Shown here in pieces: positions 9,522-19,869 of a stretch of DNA of 64,000 nucleotides; within the stretch, counting starts at the first letter, position 1, and every line of letters starts with the position of its first letter. This DNA comes from Candidatus Kerfeldbacteria bacterium. GTDB lineage: Bacteria > Patescibacteriota > Patescibacteriia > UBA9570 > XYC2-FULL-38-9. Both the position numbers and the translations under genes were made by a program. The notes beneath the pieces were generated by a model. It searched no databases. It saw nothing but the letters and a program-made list of their open reading frames with translations, and was not told the DNA's origin. The stretch covers positions 53 through 64,052 of the forward strand of contig JACPGJ010000007.1 in NCBI GenBank assembly GCA_016182555.1. The letters are read 5' to 3'.

Positions 9522-11569
9522 ATCATCATACGGACATCAAGAATATCTGCGCCACTGCCCTGCCCATGCACGACAACGGGATTCAAATCCATTTCAGAAA
9601 TTTCCGGGTATTCGATGGCAATGCGTGCGGCAGTCATCAAAATATGCACAAGGGCATCAATGTCATGGTGTTTCAATAATGGTGACATACGCAGTTGGGT
9701 AATCATTTCATGCGCTTGTTGCCGGCTGACCGGTGCAATAGCAAATGCCACATCTTGCATCAGTTCAACATACGAACCACCAAGGCCAATCATCATCATT
9801 GGACCAAACGACGAATCACGTTTCATGCCAATAATCACTTCCCGGCTCGCGTGAGTGCTGATGAGTTGTGGTTGCACCAATAGGCCTTCCACCTCTGCCC
9901 GGTGATGCGTTTTTGCTACATGGTGGGTAATTTTTCGGAATGCCGCTTTTGCTTCGATCACGTTCTGGATATTCAAAATAATGCCGCCAGCTGCTGCTTT
10001 GTGGACAATATCGCGTGAAGCAATTTTAGCAACAACGGGAAAGTGAGTGAGGCGCTCACAATCGCGTTCGGTTTTGACAAGGCGAGATTTGAGTACAGGT
10101 AAATGATAGCGTTGTAAAATATGTTCAGCATCAATGGTGCGTAATTGCAGTGCATGGCCATTTTTTCCAACGGTGTGCGTTTTTGCGGGCACTGAAAAAC
10201 GCATTGGTGCAGCAGGATGAGTGCTCCACTGAGTAAGAATATTCAACGCGTTTACCGCACGTTCCGGCGTATCATATTGCGGAATGCCGCCGGTTTCTAA
10301 TATCATACGGCCAGAGTGAATGGCTTGACCACCCATAAAGCTGGCAATCACTGGTTTGCCATATTTTTGCCGTAACCGAATGATACTCTGCGCAATCGTA
10401 TCATCATCTGTCATCACTTGCGGAGTAAGAATACAAATCACACTATCAACTTCACGCGAGGCCAGCGCGGTTTTCAGTGCATATTCAAAGCGTTGTGGTG
10501 TCGCGTCACCAATCACATCGATCGGGTTTTTGACACTAGCGGAATTCGGTAAATGAAAAGCTAATTTTTTTTGTAACGTTTTGCTTGGTTGAATGAGGTG
10601 AAGGGTGGTCGAGGCAGCAGCATCAACAGCCATAATCCCCGGACCACCAGCATTGGTAATAATCGCCACACGGTTCCCTTTCGGTTGTGGAGCTTGGCTA
10701 CAGATAAGTGCGTAATCAAAAAATTCCTGAATGGTGTGTGCTTGAATTACTCCGGCTTGGCGAAGGCCAGTGCGAATTGCTTCTTCGCTACCCGCGAGTG
10801 AACCGGTATGTGAACTCACCGCCATTTGGGCACGCAATGAGGTACCGGCCTTGAGAACAATAATGGGTTTTCGGCGTGCAATACGTGAAGCGGCTTCCAT
10901 AAATGCCCGACCACTGGTGAGGCTTTCCAGATAGAACATGATAACGTTTGTTGCCTTGTCTTGCCCAAGATAATCCAAACAGTCTATTTCATCGATATCC
11001 GCTTTGTTACCGATCGATAACACTTTTGCAAAACCCAACTTACTTTCGTATGCCCAGTCAAGCATAGCCACACCCATCGCACCAGATTGTGATACCAGTG
11101 AAATATTGCCTGGTGCTGGTATGCCTGCAGCAAAGGAAGCATTCAATCGATTATGCGCGTTAATAAACCCTAAACAATTCGGTCCAACAAGACGAATATG
11201 ATATTTCGCCGCAAGTTTCACCAGCGCTTCTTCCGCTGCGTGGCCTTCTTCGCCAATTTCTTTAAAGCCAGCAGTGATAATAATGGCAAATGGAATGCGT
11301 TTTTTTCCACAATCACGAAGAACACCCGCAACCGCTTCACGCGGAACAACGATGAGTGCTACATCAATTGGTTTTTTAATTTTAGTGACACTTGGCCACG
11401 CGTGGAGCCCTTCAATGTCTGTTGCGGCTGGATTGACTGGATAGATCGCGCCAGTATAGCCAAATTGTTTCACATTGAGTAGCACATCGTGACCCAGTTT
11501 TCCTGGCGTGCGCGAAGCACCAATAACCGCGATTGATTTTGGGTATAATAAAAAATGAAGTACATGCAT
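9518..11569 (-). CDS. Acetate-CoA ligase (ADP-forming), fused alpha/beta
   Basis: IAVIGAS, GPNCLG, SQSGA, SSHTGSLAGS (phospho-His), TNAGGPG, NPIDVIGDA, IVHK, EMDLNP; likely start MHVLH at 11569. Confidence 0.92.
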   Translation of the reverse strand: MHVLHFLLYPKSIAVIGASRTPGKLGHDVLLNVKQFGYTGAIYPVNPAATDIEGLHAWPSVTKIKKPIDVALIVVPREAVAGVLRDCGKKRIPFAIIITAGFKEIGEEGHAAEEALVKLAAKYHIRLVGPNCLGFINAHNRLNASFAAGIPAPGNISLVSQSGAMGVAMLDWAYESKLGFAKVLSIGNKADIDEIDCLDYLGQDKATNVIMFYLESLTSGRAFMEAASRIARRKPIIVLKAGTSLRAQMAVSSHTGSLAGSEEAIRTGLRQAGVIQAHTIQEFFDYALICSQAPQPKGNRVAIITNAGGPGIMAVDAAASTTLHLIQPSKTLQKKLAFHLPNSASVKNPIDVIGDATPQRFEYALKTALASREVDSVICILTPQVMTDDDTIAQSIIRLRQKYGKPVIASFMGGQAIHSGRMILETGGIPQYDTPERAVNALNILTQWSTHPAAPMRFSVPAKTHTVGKNGHALQLRTIDAEHILQRYHLPVLKSRLVKTERDCERLTHFPVVAKIASRDIVHKAAAGGIILNIQNVIEAKAAFRKITHHVAKTHHRAEVEGLLVQPQLISTHASREVIIGMKRDSSFGPMMMIGLGGSYVELMQDVAFAIAPVSRQQAHEMITQLRMSPLLKHHDIDALVHILMTAARIAIEYPEISEMDLNPVVVHGQGSGADILDVRMMI

Positions 11570-11638
11570 ATTACACACACTATACCACAAATGATGATAT
11601 TATTCTAAAAAAATTTATGCTGGGGGCGAAGGCACCAT

Positions 11639-11899
11639 TCAATGAGAGAATACGCGCATTTCAGCGGCGACAATTTCATGAAAATCTTTAACCTTCTTTT
11701 GCAGCGCGTCGGCTTTCTTGAGTACGATTTCTAAAAAGTGATGGATGACTTCTGGCTGGTGTTCAAATAACTGAATGAGTTGAATACGTTGGGTTGGGGA
11801 GAGTTTATCAAAAACCGTTAACCACTTGTCGTAGTGTTTACGGGGTACTGAGCTCTGCCCTAATAATTGAATGAATTGGAGTTCAATAAATGGAAGCAT
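11639..11899 (-). CDS. Small helical hypothetical protein
   Basis: 86-aa ORF co-oriented with its neighbours, 3 nt after the upstream stop. Confidence 0.65.
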   Translation of the reverse strand: MLPFIELQFIQLLGQSSVPRKHYDKWLTVFDKLSPTQRIQLIQLFEHQPEVIHHFLEIVLKKADALQKKVKDFHEIVAAEMRVFSH

Positions 11900-11902
11900 A
11901 AT

Positions 11903-12715
11903 TTATGGTTTGAGTCGTCCTTCTTGTGCAGTTATCGTTACTGACCAATATTCTCCCTCGCGGTGAGGTGGCTGGTCTAGAGTGTAACTAGCAATTATTC
12001 CCCGAGTCGTCAAACTATTTGATACTTCTGTTCCATTCGATTCTTCTATTTTTTTGCTAAAATTAGTCATTTTTGTGTCAACTCTTGTCTCGGTATCGAT
12101 ATGGGATTCAAAGTATTCTGCTGCGCCACGCAACGCTTTAGCAATTGCTTCATCTGCAGTGAAACCAAGAGCCGTATAGGTCGTTGTTCTTCCTATTTTT
12201 TCAATAGAAAGAGCTGGTTGTATTTCAAAAATTTCCACATGCTCTGTACGTATCGCCCTGGCTGTTGTTCTCTTTGGTGTACGAACATCTGCAGTATAAT
12301 ATCCTGTGGAAGCAGAAACAATAATATTACGCTCCGGCCAGTGAGCAATTGATTTTGCAGAAATAGGAATAAGCTCCGCTGAGCCGATTATTTCAATCCG
12401 TTGATTAAACACTTGTCTCCCACCAATGCCCTCAACTGATGGTGGTTGCAGTTCGCGAACAGTTTTTTCCAAGCCGGTATTCTCCGTCCCATATTCAGCA
12501 CTCTGTTCTTGGCGACCAGATTCTTGTGCGTGTGCAGCAACGGGAGCAACCATTTCTCCGGCTAGCAAGGTGCTCAACGTCATCCATGCAGCCGCACGTC
12601 TGCGACGTTCAGGGGCAACGGTTTGTAACGCTTTTTCTTCCTGTGCAGCCAATACACGTAATGGGGAATGTTCTTGCTGTTCTACTTGACGCGAACGTGA
12701 TACTTCAAGCGACAT
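11903..12715 (-). CDS. Hypothetical exported/membrane-anchored protein
   Basis: Likely start MSLEVSR overlapping the eno stop; RRRR followed by a hydrophobic stretch and AHA; C-terminal ALGFTADEAIAKALRGAAE resembles LPP20/FlgT-N-type helices (weak). Confidence 0.65.
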   Translation of the reverse strand: MSLEVSRSRQVEQQEHSPLRVLAAQEEKALQTVAPERRRRAAAWMTLSTLLAGEMVAPVAAHAQESGRQEQSAEYGTENTGLEKTVRELQPPSVEGIGGRQVFNQRIEIIGSAELIPISAKSIAHWPERNIIVSASTGYYTADVRTPKRTTARAIRTEHVEIFEIQPALSIEKIGRTTTYTALGFTADEAIAKALRGAAEYFESHIDTETRVDTKMTNFSKKIEESNGTEVSNSLTTRGIIASYTLDQPPHREGEYWSVTITAQEGRLKP

Positions 12716-13946
12716 AGTGTTCAATAGCCATGAGGCGATTATATTTAGCCACGCGTTCAGAGCGCGATAATGAACCGGTTTTGATATATTCCGCATTCAC
12801 CGCTACAGCAAGGTCGGCAATCGTTGTGTCTTCGGTTTCACCGGAGCGATGAGAAATAATGACAGTATATTTGTATTGTTGCGCAAGCTGAATTGCATCA
12901 ATGGTTTCGGTGAGTGTACCAATTTGATTGACTTTAATCAAAATAGCATTTGCCACGCCTCGATCTATCCCCTGTTGCAACCGTTTCACATTGGTGACAA
13001 ACAGATCATCGCCGACTAACCGAATTCGCCCGCCCAACTGCTTCGTCAGCATTTGCCATCCATCCCAATCATCTTCCGCTAATCCATCTTCAATAGAAAT
13101 GATCGCATATTTTTCAATCCATGCATCATAGACGGCAATCAACTCTTGCGCCGTAAGCATCTTGCCATCAAATGCATACTGGCCGTCACGGAAAAATTCT
13201 GAAGCAGCGGCATCAAAGGCAATACAAACATCTTGCCCGAGCGTATAACCAGCCTGGGTGACTGCTTCCACAATGGCTTCTAGTGCGGCTTCGTTACTCC
13301 GAAGGTGCGGTGCGAACCCACCTTCATCACCCACACTCACCACTTGCTTCTGTTTTTTCAAAATATCTTTTAACGCATGAAAAATTTCTGCTCCAGCACG
13401 AACACGTTCACTCAACTGTTGTTGTTGCGGCACAATCATAAATTCTTGAATATCGAGGCCGCTATCTGCATGGACTCCACCATTGATAATATTCATCATC
13501 GGGTAGGGCAACCGATATTCGCTAGCGGAAAACCGAAAACCACGCCGAATAGATTCATATAATTCCACGCCTTGCACCTGCGCAGCGAGGCGTGCAACAG
13601 CAAGCGATACTGCTAAAATTGCGTTTGCTCCAAGTTTTGATTTATTTTCCGTACCATCGAGTAAAATCATCGCTTCATCAATGGCCCGTTGATTCATGAT
13701 ATCCAAATCTTTTACTGCCGAAAAAATGAGTTCTTCGACATTTTTGCATGCAGTCAACACCCCTGTGCCACCATATCGATTTTTATCACCATCACGCAGT
13801 TCGTGCGCTTCGTGTACACCCGTGGAGGCACCAGAAGGCACCATTGCTTCAGCGTTGAACCCATTTTCAGCAACAGCGCGTACCGCGATGGTCGGGTTCC
13901 CACGTGAATCTAAAATTTCTCGAGCTTGTAATTTTTGAATTTTCAT
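12705..13946 (-). CDS. eno: Enolase
   Basis: DSRGNPT, VPSGASTG, VGDEGGFAP, VGDDLFVTN, IKVNQIG, SHRSGETED. Confidence 0.98.
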   Translation of the reverse strand: MKIQKLQAREILDSRGNPTIAVRAVAENGFNAEAMVPSGASTGVHEAHELRDGDKNRYGGTGVLTACKNVEELIFSAVKDLDIMNQRAIDEAMILLDGTENKSKLGANAILAVSLAVARLAAQVQGVELYESIRRGFRFSASEYRLPYPMMNIINGGVHADSGLDIQEFMIVPQQQQLSERVRAGAEIFHALKDILKKQKQVVSVGDEGGFAPHLRSNEAALEAIVEAVTQAGYTLGQDVCIAFDAAASEFFRDGQYAFDGKMLTAQELIAVYDAWIEKYAIISIEDGLAEDDWDGWQMLTKQLGGRIRLVGDDLFVTNVKRLQQGIDRGVANAILIKVNQIGTLTETIDAIQLAQQYKYTVIISHRSGETEDTTIADLAVAVNAEYIKTGSLSRSERVAKYNRLMAIEHYVA

Positions 13947-13958
13947 ATTCTTATTATA

Positions 13959-15173
13959 CTACTCCATCGCTGCGAGTCCAGGCAGAGTTTCTTGTGCAAG
14001 ATAGGCAAGGCTCGCCCCACCACCGGTCGACACATGCCGAAACCGCCCTTGCAAATGGAATTTTTCGACAACACTTTCCGTATCACCACCACCGAGCACC
14101 GCATACCCCGCCGATTCGGCAATAGCGACTGCCACCGCACGCGAGCCACCGGAGTAGGCCTCTTGTTCGAATAACCCCATGGGCCCGTTCCAAAAAATTG
14201 TTTTCGCTTGGGCCAATACATCACGATACAACGCTTGAGTTTTCGGACCAATATCTAACAACAGCCAACCCTCAGGCACGCGTTCTTTTTCAATATCAAT
14301 AATTTGCGTTGGCGCACCGGGTGTGGTATTCGGAGCCGCAATATAATCGAGCGGTAACTGTACTTTATGCAATTTTCCACTAGGAATATTCACATGAATT
14401 TTCGGCTGCTGCGAAGAAAAACGCTGCCAGAGGTCATGCGCGACTGTTGCCGCATCTTTTTCCATGAGCGAACCGCCGACATCGTATCCCAAACCGTGCA
14501 AAAAGGTATTTGCAATTCCGCCACCAACCAATACCACATCTGCCAATGGCGCCAAGTGTTGAATCACTGGCACTTTATCCGAAATTTTTGCGCCACCAAC
14601 CACAATCACCAGTGGCTGTTCGGGTTGGTGTGCAATCTTGTCCAAAGCTTCCAACTCTTCTTGAATAAGAAAACCGATGCCTTTATCAAAAATAAGTGAC
14701 GGCAAGGCAGAAGTAGATGCGTGTGCTCGATGCAGAGCGCCAAACGCATCAGTGATATACACATCAATACCAGCAGCGAGTTGTTCGGCAAAGTGTAAGT
14801 CGTTTTTTTCTTCTTGTGGGTAAAAACGAACATTTTCGAGCAAGAGCACTTCACCGGGTTTCAAAGCATTTTTTTGTTCTTCTACTTGGGGCCCGACACA
14901 ATCATCGACATAGCGCACTTGTTGACCAAGTAATTCACTTAACCGTTTCGCCACGGGCTGCAGGCGCAACTCCGGTACCACTTTTCCGCCCGGCCGACCG
15001 AGATGCGATGCTAGCACCACTGCTGCGCCTTTTTGTAAACAGTATTCAATCGTCGGCAACACTGCTTTGATGCGTGTATCATCAGTAATGCGCCCATTGT
15101 CGAGCGGTACATTAAAATCAGCACGCAAAAAAACTTTTTGATTGTGCAAAGGAATATCTCTAACAGTTCTCAT
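13959..15173 (-). CDS. pgk: Phosphoglycerate kinase
   Basis: RADFNVP, SHLGRP, LLENVRF, GGAKISDK, WNGPMG, STGGGA. Confidence 0.98.
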   Translation of the reverse strand: MRTVRDIPLHNQKVFLRADFNVPLDNGRITDDTRIKAVLPTIEYCLQKGAAVVLASHLGRPGGKVVPELRLQPVAKRLSELLGQQVRYVDDCVGPQVEEQKNALKPGEVLLLENVRFYPQEEKNDLHFAEQLAAGIDVYITDAFGALHRAHASTSALPSLIFDKGIGFLIQEELEALDKIAHQPEQPLVIVVGGAKISDKVPVIQHLAPLADVVLVGGGIANTFLHGLGYDVGGSLMEKDAATVAHDLWQRFSSQQPKIHVNIPSGKLHKVQLPLDYIAAPNTTPGAPTQIIDIEKERVPEGWLLLDIGPKTQALYRDVLAQAKTIFWNGPMGLFEQEAYSGGSRAVAVAIAESAGYAVLGGGDTESVVEKFHLQGRFRHVSTGGGASLAYLAQETLPGLAAME

Positions 15174-15193
15174 AAGTGTACCAAACGCGTAAT

Positions 15194-16435
15194 TTATAAT
15201 GAGTCATTTTTTATCATCATACGCAAACCACGATACCAAAGTGAACACGCCTGCATAAAGGGTAACACAGATTTGAAATGACGAAAATCGACAAATTTGC
15301 GAACAAACCAGCCGATCATTCCTGTCAGCACCCATCCATTCGGAAGTTCCACAATACCATTTTTGCCACCCATGGTAATCACTATACCTTCATTTTTCAT
15401 GGTATAGTTTTCCAATGCTTCTTTTCGCAATAGATGCATGACATTCGCTGCAGCGATTGGTCCTTGATGCACCGCTTCATGGGCGGTTTGTGGCGCATAT
15501 TGTTTTTCGCCCACAGAACATTCTGCTGAATCTCCAATAGCAAATACATTATCTTGTTGTTCCAACTGTAACGTTGATCGCACCGTCAGTTGTCCCCGCT
15601 TCGTTAACACAAAATCAGTTTTCCGTAATATACTGTTTGCGCCAATGCCACCAGTCCAAATAATCATATCACCTTCTAATACCTCACCAGTCGTCGAAAT
15701 GACTTTGCCTTTTTCCGCCTGAGCAATTAAAAAATTGGTCTTCATCCGAATGCCTAATTTTTTCAAACGTTGTGCTGCAGCGGTTTGCGTTTTTTTACTA
15801 AACGGTGGCAATACGGTGTCGCGACCTTCCACAATGGTAATCGCAAAACAGTTCTTTTTCACCTGTGCAATACAGGCTTGTCGCATCTCGGCGGCGAGCT
15901 CCACCCCAGCCGCACCAGCACCACAAATAATAACATGCACCTGCGGTTGAGCTTCCATAAGGGCATACACGGTTTTACGAATATTCACGGCATGGTCGAT
16001 CCATTTAAATGGTATTGAATGTTCTTGCATACCTGGAATGCCAAAATAAAATGGTTCGCTACCCAGTGCAAAAATGAGGTAATCGTAATCAACTTCCCCC
16101 TTACTCGTCATCACCTGTTTGTGTTTGGAATCTACCGATTGTATGTCTGCTTGAATAAATCCAACTGATTGTTTACCCAAAACTGTGCGAATATTCAACG
16201 TGACGGTCTGTTTCAGTTGCTCTTCATTTTCAATCTCTTTTGCAGCTGAAGCAATTTCATAGAGGTCTGGAGTGAAGAGTTGAAAATCATTGCGATCAAT
16301 GAGAACAATATCGATATCTTCTTGAGTTCGGCGTTCGCTTTGGCGTTGCCGATGCTGGCGTTTCAACTTCCCCAATTCCAATGCCGCCGATAACCCAGCA
16401 AACCCTGCTCCTAAAATAACTACTCGTTTTGACAT
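15194..16435 (-). CDS. ndh: Type II NADH dehydrogenase-like FAD oxidoreductase
   Basis: GAGFAG, ALGS, YFGIPG, CGAGAAGVELAAE, WTGG, FAIGD, PQTAHEA. Confidence 0.88.
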   Translation of the reverse strand: MSKRVVILGAGFAGLSAALELGKLKRQHRQRQSERRTQEDIDIVLIDRNDFQLFTPDLYEIASAAKEIENEEQLKQTVTLNIRTVLGKQSVGFIQADIQSVDSKHKQVMTSKGEVDYDYLIFALGSEPFYFGIPGMQEHSIPFKWIDHAVNIRKTVYALMEAQPQVHVIICGAGAAGVELAAEMRQACIAQVKKNCFAITIVEGRDTVLPPFSKKTQTAAAQRLKKLGIRMKTNFLIAQAEKGKVISTTGEVLEGDMIIWTGGIGANSILRKTDFVLTKRGQLTVRSTLQLEQQDNVFAIGDSAECSVGEKQYAPQTAHEAVHQGPIAAANVMHLLRKEALENYTMKNEGIVITMGGKNGIVELPNGWVLTGMIGWFVRKFVDFRHFKSVLPFMQACSLWYRGLRMMIKNDSL

Positions 16436-16714
16436 ACGCTACGTATTATAGCGCAATCTGAACAGTATTTCAATAGCCACACATACTATCTGTAACACAA
16501 CGCCATTCTAACCGCATGCGTAGCGACGGCTCTTTTTTTTGTGACTTGCCTAATATTAGGCAAAATATTGTTGGCGAATTTGAGACGGCTAAAAAATCTG
16601 TGGATAACTTTGATAAAAATCATTTTTCTTACTTGCATAAAAAAATATTCGATCTATACTGCATGATAGATACTATTTTTTCAACACTAACTGAACAGAT
16701 TATTTTTTAAAGCA

Positions 16715-16902
16715 CCTTCTCCAATCACCATGCATTGATTCCACCCAACCAGCGGTAAGGCGATGCCTCGTTAAGAGCATCCACCCAAATCTCCTTTCCT
16801 CTGGTGAATCATTCTGCATTGTGCAGATGAATAATCAGAATCTTTGGTTGTTGGATAGATCCACCAACAAGGATATTCATTGAATTGGAAAGGAGAAGGA
16901 TC
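16715..16902 (+). promoter_or_regulatory. Structured 5' leader with two anti-Shine-Dalgarno segments (candidate cis-regulatory RNA)
   Basis: ccttctcc (16715-22) and tctcctttcc (16790-99) are complementary to the RBS region ggaaaggagaagg (16887-99); internal hairpins at 16762-81, 16809-30 and 16848-70. Confidence 0.5.
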
Positions 16903-17973
16903 ATGTATGGGAACAGGTGTACTTTCAAAAATCATCATCCAAGGTGGCGCATTACGACACTCGTAACCATTTCTGCCCTACTGTTACAGCTCATGGTAAT
17001 CATGGGTTGCGGCAATGAGGAAGACGCCAACGATACGCTCGATGAAACGATGTTCGGTGAAGGGGGCGTTGATCAACCGACACTGAACAAAACCACCGCC
17101 ACTTACACTTACCACCTCCCCTACTTCAGCGGTGAGAGCTACGTCGCAACCACCTACAGCGGCCACAACGCCTGGGACTTCAACCTTTCTGGTACTTCGG
17201 GCGATGGGGACTGTGGTGAGCCTGTTGTCGCTGTCACCAGCGGGAAAATTATTGGTGTGGTCAGCACCTCAGACGCGAACTGCGAAGGGTGTACGAATAG
17301 CCCTGGTAATTACGTGAAGCTGGACCACGACATCGATAGTAATACCTCGTACTACTATCATCTGCGGGATGTGTATGTGGTCAGCGGCCAGTGGGTGCAG
17401 CAGGGTCAGGCACTGGGAACGTTGGGTGATAGCGGAAATGCGAGTGCGTGCCATCTGCATTACGAAATTCGTAATTCGTCTGGAACGCAGATCACCCAGA
17501 GCACCAAGTTCTACTTCTACAAGAACGGTGCCTACACCTCGAACACGCTCTCCAGCGGTTCCACATATACCAGCTACAACCACTACATCATCAGCAATGC
17601 CGCAAGCCGAAATGGTGGCAGCAGTAAGGTCGGCACAGCCACCACCAAGGTTGCTTACCCCGCAGACGTCGAGGGGGAAGGCTTCGTGATGTATTACAGC
17701 GGCGGCAGCTACGGAACCTGCGGCATCTACTACGAAGCGAAAGGCTGCAAGGGTGGAGACTTCTGTCCCAGCTACAACAACACCAACAGCGCCTGGCTGG
17801 TGCGCACGGGGTTCTACGCGTGGTACGATGCCTGTGGTGAAGCAGACACCTGCTGGGTAGGCTTTCCCACTGGCGATGAATTCAGCGTCTCTGGTGGCGC
17901 GAAGCAGACCTTTGAGTACGGCTACCTGGTGTATAGTACCTCCACCGGCCAGGTCACGGCCTATTCCTACTGA
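16903..17973 (+). CDS. M23 metallopeptidase lipoprotein with C-terminal LGFP-like repeat
   Basis: Strong SD before ATG 16903; lipobox VIMGC; HNAWD, YYHL and HLHYE M23 motifs; CWVGFPTGDE...QTFEYG LGFP-type repeat. Confidence 0.85.
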   Translation: MYGNRCTFKNHHPRWRITTLVTISALLLQLMVIMGCGNEEDANDTLDETMFGEGGVDQPTLNKTTATYTYHLPYFSGESYVATTYSGHNAWDFNLSGTSGDGDCGEPVVAVTSGKIIGVVSTSDANCEGCTNSPGNYVKLDHDIDSNTSYYYHLRDVYVVSGQWVQQGQALGTLGDSGNASACHLHYEIRNSSGTQITQSTKFYFYKNGAYTSNTLSSGSTYTSYNHYIISNAASRNGGSSKVGTATTKVAYPADVEGEGFVMYYSGGSYGTCGIYYEAKGCKGGDFCPSYNNTNSAWLVRTGFYAWYDACGEADTCWVGFPTGDEFSVSGGAKQTFEYGYLVYSTSTGQVTAYSY

Positions 17974-18035
17974 ATCAACCTGCCACAATATCATCGCCAT
18001 TCTCCTTGCGAATCAATTTTCCTTTCCTACCTGCA

Positions 18036-18070
18036 GGGGGATAGCTATGAAAACGAATATAGCTATCCCC
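18036..18070 (+). terminator. Hairpin terminator after the M23 gene
   Basis: ggggatagctat...atagctatcccc inverted repeat. Confidence 0.65.
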
Positions 18071-18112
18071 TCTCATCTCCCCCCTGTATCAAAAAATTAT
18101 TAAAACGATACC

Positions 18113-19402
18113 ATGAAAAAAATCATCGCACTCTTATTCGTCGCCACCTTTGCCACAACTGGTTGCGCATGGAATACAACCGCGAACCAAAATGAACCAT
18201 CTGTTACGGCACAAACAAACACCGCAACAGTGGATCTTGTCGCACGTGTTCCCGATATTTACATCGAAGAACAAAATGGACAAAAGATATATCGCAACCT
18301 TGAAAAAGAACTTGCGATCGCTTTTCCCGCAGATTGGAGTTATTCCCTACCCTGGATGTATGGCACAAACACTGCGAAAGATGGATTATTAGATATCACC
18401 CATGCCGACCCTGAACGCGGTTTTCGGGAGAGTGAGATCGTCTATGAAAATGAAGGGGTAGTGTCATTCAAAATGATTTCCGATTCCGAACAGCCAGATC
18501 AATTTCAAACCTATCGCGAACTGTTTGAAGGAACAACCGAACTACCATTGGATACATCGGGTTTTGCCAATTTAACTCATACACTCACCAAAGAAGAATC
18601 GCTTATAGTTGCCGGTTATCCTGCAAAACAGTACGTAGTTGCTTCACGATCAATGAATACAGAAACACCCGTAGGAGATGATAATATGACGATCATTGTG
18701 AAAGTAGATTCGTTTCGTTTTGCCGTGTTTCAAGCAAAAATCGGTATAGGTTCTTCCCACGATACTCTCCAAGCAGATGTCATCGCTATTGCAAATTCGT
18801 TTATATTACAAACCGGCAACAATGAACCTCCGGCATTAACGATCAATAGAATAGACAAGGCTCCTGTTCGTGTTGAAGAAGGAGCAACAACGATCGGTAA
18901 AAAAAGATACGTGAACGAAACTGAGCATATCGCGCTTGAATTTCCATTTAATTGGTATCATTCTGTCCTGCGAACATATCCTCCAATCATAGAAACATTT
19001 CCACTACGATTAAGTTTAATGCGCTTTAATTCCGATTCAACACAACAGATCGGCAAAACCACACTTTCATTGTATATACAGGGTGAAACGGAGCCGGAAA
19101 CATTTGAAAAATTGCAAAAACAATTGAACACGGAAATAATTGAACAAGCGGAGAATGATCCATTACATTTGCAGATGGTATCAGTAGAAGATTTGAAAAT
19201 AGATGAAAAAAGCGGTAAACAATTTGTGTATACAAAATCAACAACGGCTGATAATACCGTAAAACAATATGGTCGTGAAATTATTGTTGCATTGAATGAA
19301 GATACGTTGCTGCAATTGCAAACATCTTATGCTGCTGGTGCAGAAATAGCCGCCATCCAAGAAGAGATCGAATTCATTGAACAAAGCATTTCGTTAGAAT
19401 AA
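18113..19402 (+). CDS. Lipoprotein with two tandem PsbP-like domains
   Basis: Lipobox ATTGC; repeated domain start KIYRNLEKELAIAFPADW / KRYVNETEHIALEFPFNW. Confidence 0.75.
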   Translation: MKKIIALLFVATFATTGCAWNTTANQNEPSVTAQTNTATVDLVARVPDIYIEEQNGQKIYRNLEKELAIAFPADWSYSLPWMYGTNTAKDGLLDITHADPERGFRESEIVYENEGVVSFKMISDSEQPDQFQTYRELFEGTTELPLDTSGFANLTHTLTKEESLIVAGYPAKQYVVASRSMNTETPVGDDNMTIIVKVDSFRFAVFQAKIGIGSSHDTLQADVIAIANSFILQTGNNEPPALTINRIDKAPVRVEEGATTIGKKRYVNETEHIALEFPFNWYHSVLRTYPPIIETFPLRLSLMRFNSDSTQQIGKTTLSLYIQGETEPETFEKLQKQLNTEIIEQAENDPLHLQMVSVEDLKIDEKSGKQFVYTKSTTADNTVKQYGREIIVALNEDTLLQLQTSYAAGAEIAAIQEEIEFIEQSISLE

Positions 19403-19430
19403 ATATTTCATTGTTACTTTTCCACCCTTC

Positions 19431-19468
19431 CAGAAGTAAGGAAACACCTGGCCGTTTCTTTACTTCTG
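19431..19468 (+). terminator. Hairpin after the lipoprotein gene
   Basis: cagaagtaaggaaac-N8-gtttctttacttctg. Confidence 0.6.
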
Positions 19469-19523
19469 ATACGTTGAATTTTCACGTTTCAGATTTCACT
19501 ACCGAACAAATGAGGAGGGAAAA

Positions 19524-19820
19524 ATGTTCACAGAATTGTTTTGGCTTTGGTGGCTCGTATTTTCGCATTCAACTTCTCTAACGCAGGAAACAATACTGCA
19601 AGACTGTTTGTTGCCGCCCACTGTGCGAATCGAGCGGCTGATGGATGTGGCGTTGACCATCCATCCCGTTTCCGGACGGCTATATTGGTTCATTCTGGAA
19701 GAAGATTGCGAGTACGATACACGCTTGACGGTTCTCGATGCCAAGAGTTGCAAAACCGTGTTGATGTTGCATGGAGCAATGGATATTCCGTTGCAGCAAC
19801 TCGTGGTACACCGTTGGTGA
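19524..19820 (+). CDS. Small orphan protein, possibly exported
   Basis: SD gaggagg before ATG; hydrophobic Trp-rich N-terminus. Confidence 0.55.
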   Translation: MFTELFWLWWLVFSHSTSLTQETILQDCLLPPTVRIERLMDVALTIHPVSGRLYWFILEEDCEYDTRLTVLDAKSCKTVLMLHGAMDIPLQQLVVHRW

Positions 19821-19869
19821 ACATGTGCAGAGGCAGAGGTTGTGCATGGCGCTATGTGGCCAACCTCTG

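Noticed and set aside
16715-16902. Assignment of the M23 leader to the c-di-AMP (ydaO) riboswitch
   Set aside because: Only a ggtgaatc fragment resembles it; the other conserved segments were not found.
17269-18000. 243-aa antisense ORF across the M23 gene
   Set aside because: Shadow frame of a GC-biased gene.
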